Below, in pieces: positions 54,756 to 64,000 of a stretch of 64,000 bases of DNA (its first letter is position 1; every line of letters begins with the position of its first letter). Position numbers and translations under genes: made by a program. Under the pieces are notes generated by a model. The model worked only from the letters and a program-made list of their open reading frames with translations. It was not told the origin of the DNA and did no database searches. Origin of the DNA: an uncultured bacterium (GTDB lineage Bacteria > Verrucomicrobiota > Verrucomicrobiia > Limisphaerales > UBA8199); the NCBI GenBank assembly GCA_963749495.1, contig CAVVMW010000006.1:928001-992000 (forward strand). The letters are read 5' to 3'.

Positions 54756-56731
54756 ATGACTTCCAGCAGCTCGGATGTGCGGACGCCGCTGGCGACAACG
54801 CATGGCGCAAGCCCGGGAAGGGAATTGCATGGCGATCCGCATGGCTGCCTACATGAGCGGGGGTTCCGCCGAACAGCGGCGCCGGTCCATCGGAGTCGGC
54901 GCTATACCGAACCGCTGCCGGTTGGATTGGCCAGGTCCGTGCCTCTGCGCCGGGCCATTGTGGTGGGCGTCAGCCTGCTCCTCGCGGCTGCGGCTTGGGC
55001 CTCCTTGAACCCCAGAGCGCCGGGGTTACACATTGGCGCCCTGGGGGCTGCGCAAGGCGCGCTATATTTCATTCTGCTAGCGATGGGGCTGCTCAACCTG
55101 CTGCTCTACCTCATCGGCAGCGCTCTACCCAATGGGCAGAAGTTCTCTGCAGCCTGCTTCGAGGATGGCCCAGCGGCGGCAGGCCGTGTGGCGCTCGTCA
55201 TGCCGATTTTCCACGAGGACACCGGAAGGGTCTGCGAAGGCGTGCGGCTGACGTGGCAGAGCGTCGAGCGCCTGGGCTTGGACCGGCAATGTGATTTCTA
55301 TCTCCTGTGTGACAGCGAAGCTCCGGAATGCCGGCGGCGGGAAGAGGTGATGTACCGGAAACTATTGCCGAACTTCGCGCCCGAAGCCAGCGGCAGCGGC
55401 CGACTGTTCCTGCTCAGGCGGCCCGACCGCCGGAATTTCAAAGCCGGGAACATCATGAACTTCCTGGACCGGCACGGCGACAGCTACGATTTCATGGTGG
55501 TCCTGGATGCCGATAGCGTCATGCTGGGGGAAACCATCCGGCGCCTCATCCTGAGGATGGAGAACGAGCCTGGAACTGCGGTCATTCAGACGGTGGTGGT
55601 TCCGATGGGCTCGGTGACCCCCTTCGCCCGGGCGATGCAGTATTCGACCGCTCGCTGCCTGCCGCTTTATGCCAAGGGCATGTACTGGTTCCTGGGACCG
55701 GACTCGGTTTATTGGGGGCACAACGCGTTGATCCGGATTGACCCGTTCAAGGCGCATTGCCGGTTGCCGACCCTGCCGGGCAAGCCGCCGCTGGGCGGGC
55801 CGGTGCTGAGCCAGGACATCGTGGAGGCCGCGTTCCTCGGGCGAGCGGGTTGGGAGATCGCCTGGGACGTGGAGAGCGGCGGCTCGTTTGACGAACTGCC
55901 GGCAAACATTCTCTCTTACGGCCGGCGGGACCGGCGCTGGTGCCAGGGTAATTTCCAACACTCCCGGTTCATTTTGGCCCCCGGAATGAAGCTGGGCCAC
56001 CGGCTCTATTTTGCCAACGGGATCTTTGCCTACCTTGGCGGGCCGCTCGTGCTCGCCCTGATTTGGATCGGCTTGGCCCAGGCATGGAGAGCGCACGCCC
56101 AGCAGGCCCAACCAGCGCTGCTGTGGGCGTCTTTGGCCTTGCTCTGGATCCAGTTGCTCACGCCGCGTTTGTTGGGCCTTCACCGGGCCTGGAATGGCCG
56201 GAATCGCGAGCCGGCCGGGACCAAGTCCAGCAGAGGCTTGTGGACGGAGATCGCTTCGACCGCGTCCGAGCTCTTGCTGAGTCTTCTGCTCGGCCCGGCG
56301 CTTTTCTACCTGCACGCGCGGTTTGTCCTCGAAATCCTCACGGGTGGCCAAGTGTCCTGGAACAACCAGTCCCGCGACCCGCGCCAGGGGACTTCATGGC
56401 GCGAGGCCTGGCGGGCCTTTTGGCTGCCGACGGGTACTCGGGGTCCTGGGGGTCCTGGCAGTGCAACGGGTCGGGTTCCCGCTGGCCCTGTTCCTGGTTC
56501 CAGTTGTGGCGGGCTGGCTGCTCTCCGTGCCGCTGGCCGTGTGGACGTTCGAGCCCATCGGCCGGCGAGCGGTTGGTGCGGCTTGGCCTTTTCCAGGACC
56601 TGCTCAGTGAATCCGAGGCGAGCCAACTTGGCACAGGTAAGTGCAGAGTGCGGAGTGCGGAGTGCGGAGTGCAACAGGGCGGGAGCCTGAGAAGCGAGGG
56701 GGACAAGGAGCCAATGACGAATGACGAATGA
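54756..56731 (+). CDS. opgH: Osmoregulated periplasmic glucan glucosyltransferase (ends uncertain; frameshifts near 3' end)
   Basis: FKAGNI, VVLDADSVM, YWGHNALIR, LSQDIVEA, RDRRWCQGN. Confidence 0.9.
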
Positions 56732-56881
56732 CGAATGACGAATGACGAATGCAGAAGGGCGTCCGTTCTGGGTGCTTTTGTCGCTTTAGTCGCTTTCGTC
56801 CCTTTTGTCCCTTTGGGCTTGGGCCTTGCCAGCGGTGGCAGATATGGGACAATCTCTGTGCAAGACGCCGCCAGTGCGAAT

Positions 56882-57754
56882 ATGAATGTTCATCACCTGG
56901 AGCTCTTTTATTACGTTGCCCGCTATGGAGGGATAACCGAGGCCGTGCGCAATATTCCTTACGGCATCCAGCAACCGGCCGTGAGCGGGCAGGTGGCGCA
57001 GTTGGAGGAGTTCCTGGGGGCAACGCTCTTTCAGCGCCGGCCGTTTGCCCTGACGCCGGCCGGGCAGAGGCTCTACCAATTCGTGTATCCGTTCTTTTCG
57101 AACCTGGACGCTGTAGCGGCGGAGTTGCAAGGCGGCCAGGCGCGGCACATCCGTATCGGCGCCTCGACGCTGGTGCTTCGGGACCACTTGCCGATGCTCT
57201 TCGAGCGAGTGCGCAAGAAGTACCCGAGTTTCAAGGTGAGCTTGCGGGAGGGCTACCAGGCCGAGCTGGAGGCCCTGCTGCAGAAGGAGGAACTGGACTT
57301 GGCGGTGACGGTGATCGAGAAGAAGTCGGCGCCGGGCATTCACGCGCTGGCGCTGATCGAGGTGCCGTTGGTTTTGTTGGTGCAGAAGAGCCATCCGCTC
57401 ACCTCGGCGGAGCAGCTCTGGCGGCGCGACAAGATCGAGGAGGCCCTGATTTGCCTGCCCGCGATAGAGGCGATCTGCAAACATTTCCAGCAGGGCCTCT
57501 TGCGGGCGGGAGTGGACTGGTTCCCGAGCATCGAGGTCAGCTCGCTCGACCTGATCGAGACTTACGTGGCCAATGGGTTCGGCATCGGGCTGTCGGTGCT
57601 GGCGCCCAAGGCGCAGTTCTCGCCCCAGGTCCGTGTGCTGCCGCTGCCGGATTTCTCTCCGATTATCGTCGGGGCGCTCTGGCGGGGCAAGTCTGGCGCC
57701 CTGCTCCAGGCCTTTCTGGCCGAGATGCAGGCGCATGCAAAGCAATTGGCGTGA
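56882..57754 (+). CDS. LysR-family regulator
   Basis: N-terminal HTH QQPAVSGQVAQLEEFLGATLFQR..LTPAG. Confidence 0.93.
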   Translation: MNVHHLELFYYVARYGGITEAVRNIPYGIQQPAVSGQVAQLEEFLGATLFQRRPFALTPAGQRLYQFVYPFFSNLDAVAAELQGGQARHIRIGASTLVLRDHLPMLFERVRKKYPSFKVSLREGYQAELEALLQKEELDLAVTVIEKKSAPGIHALALIEVPLVLLVQKSHPLTSAEQLWRRDKIEEALICLPAIEAICKHFQQGLLRAGVDWFPSIEVSSLDLIETYVANGFGIGLSVLAPKAQFSPQVRVLPLPDFSPIIVGALWRGKSGALLQAFLAEMQAHAKQLA

Positions 57755-58062
57755 GCTGCCGCCGGGTCCGCGTCCGCGCGAGGTCAAAGCTGCGACGGGC
57801 GGAAAGGACAAAAAGGACCCAAGGGACAAAAGGGACGCGATGACACCGGTCTGCCGGGAGGTTGGGAAAGGAGATTCTGTTTTCAGGCCGGCGTCCGCGC
57901 CCCTTTGGCGTTGGGCAATCCCAAGACAAAAATGCCTTAAAACAAGACACACGGCGGCCGGGCGCGCGCCGAGCGTCGAGGGGCATCCGCTCCGGGTTTT
58001 CTCGACCCTTGGCGCTGGAGGCACGACCCTGGACGCTCACAATGCGCGAGGGCGGCCAAAGG

Positions 58063-58078
58063 TGGCAATGAAATTGCT
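58063..58078 (+). promoter_or_regulatory. Sigma54 promoter of the prepilin cluster
   Basis: TGGCAA-TGAAA-TTGCT with correct 12-nt spacing. Confidence 0.75.
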
Positions 58079-58145
58079 AATGGGAGGCATTGGACCACTG
58101 CCGCGATGAGCGGACAAGCAGGAGTGGTCGCGAGCGAGAACCGTC

Positions 58146-58628
58146 ATGTGCCTGTCAGCGCCAGCAAAAAGCCGTCGAACAGCCCGTGGCAGCGCCTTCA
58201 CCTTGGCGGAGGTGGTGATCGCCGTCGCGGTGCTGGCGCTGGTGATGGGCAGCGTCATTCTCTCGTACATCCAGACGTGCGATCGGGCGCAATGGTCGGG
58301 CTACGCGCTGGCAGCGCAGGGCCTGGCAATCCAGCAACTGGAGCAGGCCCGCGCGGCGGCGATGGACCCCAACGGCCCGGTCTGCGAGTTGACCAACATC
58401 GCCCCAAGCGGCACTACGACCAGCGCGGCCATCATGGATCTCCCGGTCTCGGGCACCAACTATGTCTGGGCCACGAATTACGTCAGCATCAAGGTCATCA
58501 CCAATTCAATCAATCCCCCGGTCAGCTTCTACATGGTGCGAGTGGACACGGTCTGGCCCCTGGTGCGAAACGGCGTCGTGCAGTATGCCAGCAACTCGGC
58601 GGCCTGCTATTACACGGAGGACTATTGA
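58146..58628 (+). CDS. Type IV minor prepilin (PilV-like)
   Basis: SA|FTLAEVVIAVAVLAL N-methylation motif. Confidence 0.85.
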   Translation: MCLSAPAKSRRTARGSAFTLAEVVIAVAVLALVMGSVILSYIQTCDRAQWSGYALAAQGLAIQQLEQARAAAMDPNGPVCELTNIAPSGTTTSAAIMDLPVSGTNYVWATNYVSIKVITNSINPPVSFYMVRVDTVWPLVRNGVVQYASNSAACYYTEDY

Positions 58629-58631
58629 ACC

Positions 58632-59294
58632 ATGAGAGCGGGGTGTCATCCAGAGCGGGGTCGCGGGGTCGCTGCGCTCCGCGCCGGGGCGCGCCGGCGC
58701 CGGGCCATGACCCTGATCGAGTTGGTCGTGGCCAGCGCCGTCTTCAGCCTGGCGGTCCTGGGGTTGGTCTATGTGCAGATGTTCATTATGAAGTATAATG
58801 AGCTGACCTTGAGCAAGGTTGGGGCGAGCGAGATGTCGCGGATGAGCTTCAACAACCTGGTCAACGACGTGCGGACCTCGTGGACCTGGGCGGTCGGCAC
58901 CGGCGATCTGAACAGCTTCACCCCGGTCGCCAACGGCAACCCGCAAATGGGCACCGCCCTCCAGCTTAGCCCCACCCAGGACACCAATAAATACGTCCGC
59001 TACTTCTTCGCCACCAGCCTCACGCCCAACGTCACCAATTTCATGCTCTGCCGCATGACCAACGGCATGTCCACTTACACCGTCGTGGCCCAAAACCTCA
59101 CCAACAACCTCTATACGAACATGTTCGTTGCCGAAGACTACCTGGGCAACATGCTCACGACCCTGCGCTACAAGTTCATTATCCACGTCGTCCTGGAGTT
59201 CTGCCAGTACCAATATCCCCTGACCGTCGTCGGTCCGGGCTATTATTACGACAACTACAAGATGGAGTTCCGCGTGGCCTCGCACAACCTATGA
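58632..59294 (+). CDS. Type IV minor prepilin (PilW-like)
   Basis: RA|MTLIELVVASAV. Confidence 0.85.
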   Translation: MRAGCHPERGRGVAALRAGARRRRAMTLIELVVASAVFSLAVLGLVYVQMFIMKYNELTLSKVGASEMSRMSFNNLVNDVRTSWTWAVGTGDLNSFTPVANGNPQMGTALQLSPTQDTNKYVRYFFATSLTPNVTNFMLCRMTNGMSTYTVVAQNLTNNLYTNMFVAEDYLGNMLTTLRYKFIIHVVLEFCQYQYPLTVVGPGYYYDNYKMEFRVASHNL

Positions 59295-61121
59295 GGCATA
59301 TGACAACCCGAACCCGAACCCCCACCCGCCGCCGCTCGGGCGGCTACGCCCTGGTCATGGTCCTGTCGGCGGCAGCGGTGCTGCTGCTGGTGTTGGCCTC
59401 GACGATGCTTCGCACGGCGAGCGTGGCGAGGACCAACGACCGCAACCGGCAATTCACCACGGGCCTTTACGCCGCCGAGGCCGCCTGCGAGAAGGTGGTG
59501 GCCCGGATGCGCAGCGATTACCGCAACGGCGCCTCGATTTCGAACAGCCTGTCGATCTACCGCGCCATGGTGCCGAACACGGGCGAGGACCCTTACTGGG
59601 GCAATTTCCAGTTTTCGGACGGGGTTGGCAATGCCAACAGCACTTATGTGAATTGCACCTCGAACACCATTTATGCGATTCTGACGGGGCCCTACGCCGG
59701 TCTCAACGGGTGGAAGACGGTTTACCGGGTGCTCTCGAACGTGACGCAGCCCAACAGCGCTTACAATATCACCAATGCCTGCCAGCAGGACCTCGAGTGC
59801 AACGTCGTGCCGGTGTTCCAGTTCGCCATCTTCTATAACAGCCTGCTCGAGTTCACCTGGGCGGCCCCGCTCACGGTCCGCGGCCCCGTTCACGCCAACA
59901 GCAGCATCTTTCTCGGGTCGAGCTGCGCCCTCGCCTTCTACGCCTTCGCGAGCTCCAGCAGCGTCATCACGAAAACCAATTGGGGCGGCTACACCATGAG
60001 CCAATTCACGGGCGCGATCACGTTTGCAACCAACCTCTACGGCGGCTACGCCACCAATTACCCGGTCCTGACTCTGCCCATCGGCACCAACAACACACCA
60101 GAACGCCGTCCGCGAAGTCATCAACATGCCGCCTGCGGGTGAAAGCCCCACCTCCACCATGGGCTCGCTGCGCTACTACAACATGGCCGGCATGGACCTG
60201 CTGGTCAGCAATACCACGGTGACGGCCATCATCAAGAACTGCTCGACCGATCCCTCGCCCATCACGATCAACAGCGCCACCAACACCTCGAGCCTGGCCA
60301 CCAATTTCCCCTTTCTCACGATCTCCAACACCTTTACCGATCAGCGCGAGGGCAAGACGGTGAGCGCCTCGCAGATCGATATGGGCAGCCTCAACACCTG
60401 GGCTTCCACCAACTCCTCGATCAACGCCAAGCACACCACCAGCAATCCCTTCAACATCCTTTACGTCGCCGATAACCGCACCGGCGGCACCAATCTACTC
60501 TTCGCCGTCCGCCTCACCGACGGCCTGGCGCTCCCTCCCGGCACCACCCCGAACGGCTCGCCGAGCGGCTTTAGTGTGGCCACGCCCAACCCGCTCTATG
60601 TTTGGGGCAATTACAACTGCACCAACGCCGCCTACCTCAACACCACCAACACCACGGCCACCGTGCCCGCCTCGCTCGCCGCGGACACCCTGACCGTTCT
60701 CTCGCCCGCCTGGCAGGATTCGCAGAGCAGTGGCTCATTCAATTCCCGCGTCGCCTCCAGCACGACCCTCAACGCCGCCATCATCGCCGGCGTCGTCTAT
60801 ACCGCCGGCTCGACCGGCAACTCCCCTTTCAGCGGCGGCGTCGTGAACCTGCCGCGGCTCCTCGAAAACTGGGGCAACGGCGGCTCGACGACCCTGACCT
60901 TGAACACCTCGATGGTCAACCTCTACAACAGCGTCCGCGCCACCGCCCCCTGGCAGACGCCCGGCGTCTATTACTACGCCCCGACCCGCAACTTCAACTT
61001 CGACCAGAATTTCCAGAGCCAGAACGGGCTGCCCCCGGGCACGCCCATGGTCAATTACATCTATCGCCAGACCTGGACCGTCCCCCCGCCCAACACGACC
61101 AACTACTATGTCGGACAATAA
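59291..61121 (+). CDS. Large PilX-like prepilin with Asn/Thr-rich domain (frameshift ~60100)
   Basis: G|YALVMVL without Glu5, YAAEA, PVFQFAIFY, GGVVNLPRLLENW, LPPGTP. Confidence 0.8.
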
Positions 61122-61749
61122 TGGCTTTTGGCGCTCTGCGCTCGCCTTGTGCTCCTGCCTGCTGATCGGCTCGGCCCGTGCCGGCGAACCCGCGGACAAG
61201 GCCCCCGCCAAACCGCCGCCGCTCCAGGCCCAGGTCAGGACGGACTGCGAGGCGGGGTCGGTGCCGGCGCGCCGCGCCTTCGTCACGGCGGGGACAAACC
61301 GTTTCGCGTTCAGCGTGCCCGAGGGATTCCGCCTGGAGGCATCAAACCCGGAGTTGGTCTCGCTCGTCAGCGCGGATTACCATTCCTTGCTGACCTTCCG
61401 TGTCGCCGCGCCCTGTGCTCCGGCGGCCCAGCAGCCCCAGGCCGCGGCCTGGCGCCAGACGGTGCTCGACCAGCATCCCAAGGCCGCCATCCTCGCGGAA
61501 TTCACGCTCTCGGCCGCCAACCGCTCCGGTCCGGCCTTCGATGCGGCCTGGAGCACTGCCGGCAGCCTGCCGCGCTGCCAGCGCGTGGCCTTCATCCCCT
61601 CGATGGTCGGCACTCTGGAATTGAGCCTGGTCTGCACCCCGGAGGCCTTCGAGAAGGGCCGCTACGACCTCAATTTGCTCCTGCTCACCTTTCGCGCCAG
61701 CGATGCCCAAGGCAAGCTGGACCTGCCGCGGTTCTCCAACAAGTTCTGA
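61108..61749 (+). CDS. Secreted hypothetical protein
   Basis: Signal peptide; overlaps the upstream gene. Confidence 0.65.
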   Translation: MSDNNGFWRSALALCSCLLIGSARAGEPADKAPAKPPPLQAQVRTDCEAGSVPARRAFVTAGTNRFAFSVPEGFRLEASNPELVSLVSADYHSLLTFRVAAPCAPAAQQPQAAAWRQTVLDQHPKAAILAEFTLSAANRSGPAFDAAWSTAGSLPRCQRVAFIPSMVGTLELSLVCTPEAFEKGRYDLNLLLLTFRASDAQGKLDLPRFSNKF

Positions 61750-61864
61750 TCGGGACAAGTTATGTCCGTATTGTGGACAACCGGAATTGGGGGGGGTTGG
61801 CCTGGGGGCGGCGATGCTGCGGCAATCCAGCCAACAAGCCGCCTGGGGCAGGGCGGATGGAGTA

Positions 61865-61880
61865 TGGCACGTGGTTTGCA
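61865..61880 (+). promoter_or_regulatory. Sigma54 promoter of pilMNO
   Basis: TGGCAC-GTGGT-TTGCA (full consensus), 30 nt before the pilM ATG. Confidence 0.82.
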
Positions 61881-61909
61881 GCCAGGCGCAGAGGACTGTT
61901 GAATGGACC

Positions 61910-62989
61910 ATGGGTTTGCAATTATTTAACCGGAACGGGAAGAGGCGGGACCACCTGGTGTCAATCGACCTGGGCGGGCGGACGACCAAGGCGGTGGAGT
62001 TGCGGCGCAACGGCGCGGGTTTTGTCCTCACCAGCTATGCCTTGCTGGACGCGCCGATCTATGAGAAGGGCCTCTCGGCCGATTTGCTGGCCGAGCACCT
62101 GCGCAATGTCCTCCAGGCCCTGGGCAGCGGCAGCCGTTCGGTCACGCTGGCCCTGGGCGTGAGCGACTCGGTAGTGCGGCACGCGGACCTGCCGGGCATG
62201 CCGATCCAGGACATGCGCCAGGTGCTCAAGAACAACAGCAAGAATTATCTGCAACAGGACCTGCCGGGACACATCTTCGATTGCTGCGTGCTTCCCTTCC
62301 GCGCCAGCGATAAGCCGGGCGACAAGGCCAAGCCGGGACCCAACGGGGCCAGGTATCGGGTGCTGGTTGCCGGCGCCAGGAAACAGCTTATCGAGGAGAT
62401 CCAGGCGGCGGTCAAGGCCGCCGGGCTGGTTGCCGATGCGATCGTGCCGGGATTAGTGGGGCCGGTCAACGCCTTCGAGCTGGCCATGCCGGAGGTTTTT
62501 TCCCGCGGGGTCATCGCCCTGGTGGACCTGGGGTTCAGGAACACCACGATTTGCCTGCTGCAGGAGGGCGAACTGGTCATGAGCCGCGTGGTGGCCCTGG
62601 GCGGGGACAAGCTGACCACCGGCCTGGCGGAGGCCCTGGGGATCAGTTATGCCGAGGCCGAGGGCATCAAGGTCGGCATGCCGGGCGAGGTCCAGGCGGC
62701 CCTTGAGTCCCTGGTCCTGCCCCTGGGCCGCGAGCTGCGCGCCTCCGTCGACTTCTTCGAGCATCAGCAGGACAAGCCCATCACCGGGGTCTTCATCACC
62801 GGGGCCTCGGCCCGCTCCGAGTTCATCGTTCGCGCGCTCCAGACCGACTTGGCGGTCGAGTGCAAGCCGTGGAACCCGATGACTTTTCTCCAGCCCGTCC
62901 TGTCGGCCCCGCTGGCCGCCGAGCTGGAACCTGCCGCGCCGCAGTTGACCGTGGCCATCGGCGCGGTCGTCCCTTCCTTCCAGCTCTAG
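61910..62989 (+). CDS. pilM: Type IV pilus assembly protein PilM
   Basis: SIDLGGRTTKAVEL, ALVDLG, LGGDKLT...AEAEGIK, ELRASVDFF. Confidence 0.88.
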   Translation: MGLQLFNRNGKRRDHLVSIDLGGRTTKAVELRRNGAGFVLTSYALLDAPIYEKGLSADLLAEHLRNVLQALGSGSRSVTLALGVSDSVVRHADLPGMPIQDMRQVLKNNSKNYLQQDLPGHIFDCCVLPFRASDKPGDKAKPGPNGARYRVLVAGARKQLIEEIQAAVKAAGLVADAIVPGLVGPVNAFELAMPEVFSRGVIALVDLGFRNTTICLLQEGELVMSRVVALGGDKLTTGLAEALGISYAEAEGIKVGMPGEVQAALESLVLPLGRELRASVDFFEHQQDKPITGVFITGASARSEFIVRALQTDLAVECKPWNPMTFLQPVLSAPLAAELEPAAPQLTVAIGAVVPSFQL

Positions 62990-62992
62990 CTT

Positions 62993-63670
62993 ATGCCCAT
63001 TTGCCTCAATCTGCTGGCTGAAGCCCAGGCCCTCGAAGAAATGCGCCGCCGGGACCCGGTCAAGCGCGCGATCTGGATTGCCGCCTCTGTGGTCTTTTTG
63101 GTCCTGGCGTGGGGCGGCTCGCTCCAGTTCAACGCCTTGTTAGCCAGGCACGAGGTCGGCCGGATGGAGGCCAGGCTTGCCATGCACACCAACGCCTATC
63201 GGCTGGTGCTCGACAACCAGAGGAAGCTCGGCGATGCCCATACGCGGCTGAGCGCACTGTGCCAACTCTCCACAAACCGCTTCCTCCAGGGCAGCCTCTT
63301 GAACGCCTTGCAGCAGGCCACCCTCGATGATGTCCAGCTCACTCGCTTCCGCTCCGACCAAACCTACGTCCTGACCGAGGAGGTCAAGCCAGGCACCGAT
63401 CCCGAGAACCGCTCCACCCTCCTCCGGGCTGCCACCGCCACCGAAAAGATAGCCCTCATTCTCGAAGCCAAGGACACCAGCAGCTCCAATCCCGGCGACC
63501 AGATCAACAAATTCAAAAAGGCCATTGCCGAATGCCCCTATTTCCAGAGTGCCCTGGGCAAGACCAACGAGCCGCGCCTGGCTAATCTCTCTCCTCCCCG
63601 CAACGGCCCCGACGGGGCGGCCTACGTCGCCTTCACCCTCGAATGCCGGTTTCCGGACAAGACCCGATGA
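62993..63670 (+). CDS. PilN-like protein
   Basis: LNLL motif, TM segment, coiled coil; follows pilM. Confidence 0.7.
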   Translation: MPICLNLLAEAQALEEMRRRDPVKRAIWIAASVVFLVLAWGGSLQFNALLARHEVGRMEARLAMHTNAYRLVLDNQRKLGDAHTRLSALCQLSTNRFLQGSLLNALQQATLDDVQLTRFRSDQTYVLTEEVKPGTDPENRSTLLRAATATEKIALILEAKDTSSSNPGDQINKFKKAIAECPYFQSALGKTNEPRLANLSPPRNGPDGAAYVAFTLECRFPDKTR

Positions 63671-64000
63671 ACAAGCTGCCGAAGGAAAAACGCAACCGCT
63701 TGGTGCTGGTGGCTGGGATGACGGGCCTGGCGCTGGCCGTGCTGTGGACCGTCTTGATCGGCCCGCTCAAGGCGAACCTGCGCGCGTTGGGCAGCCGCAA
63801 AGCCGCCGTGGCGCACAAGCTCCAGCAGGTCAACTTCGCCATCAAGAACGCCGACCATATCGAGGCCGACCTTGCCGAGTCGAGCGCGGCCCTGGCTAAA
63901 ATCAAGGCCGGCATGGCGTGCGGCAACCTCTATTCCTGGGCCATCAACACCGTCCGCGATTTCAAGCTCTCCTATCGCGTGGATATCCCCCAGTTCGGCC
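63667..64000 (+). CDS. PilO-like protein (truncated by window)
   Basis: MNKLPKEKRNRLVLV plus TM segment and coiled coil; ATGA overlap. Confidence 0.65.
   Translation, partial: MNKLPKEKRNRLVLVAGMTGLALAVLWTVLIGPLKANLRALGSRKAAVAHKLQQVNFAIKNADHIEADLAESSAALAKIKAGMACGNLYSWAINTVRDFKLSYRVDIPQFG

Overview
GC-rich bacterial chromosome segment, most consistent with Verrucomicrobiota (Pedosphaera/Limisphaerales-like). This taxonomy is inferred from Ala(-1) prepilins, the Ser/Thr kinase-WD40 type, the secreted-protein C-termini and the repeat families. Many single-base frameshifts in essential genes (alaS, glnA, pgm, groEL) suggest uncorrected long-read indels. Core genes: alaS, recO, a GH127-like hydrolase, glnB-amtB-glnA, comEC, rlmN, pgm, dnaK-groES-groEL, opgH, a LysR regulator and a type IV pilus cluster (three prepilins, pilMNO). 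Accessory patches sit at the 3' ends of glnA, comEC and pgm, each bracketed by duplicated gene-end sequence. They carry secreted proteins, a 2.1-kb IS, a restriction-modification pair, toxin-antitoxin relics, a comM stub and a phage-like methyltransferase relic. Most notable: (i) small MITE-like shells with TIRs and 8-12-bp target duplications wrapped around different REP-like hairpins; (ii) an AbiEii-type toxin-antitoxin pair inside the dnaK-groES-groEL run, which has a sigma54-type promoter; (iii) an uncharacterised AraC / PA14 / HEAT / variable secreted-pair locus; (iv) four well-formed sigma54 promoters. No tRNA, rRNA or CRISPR array was recognised.
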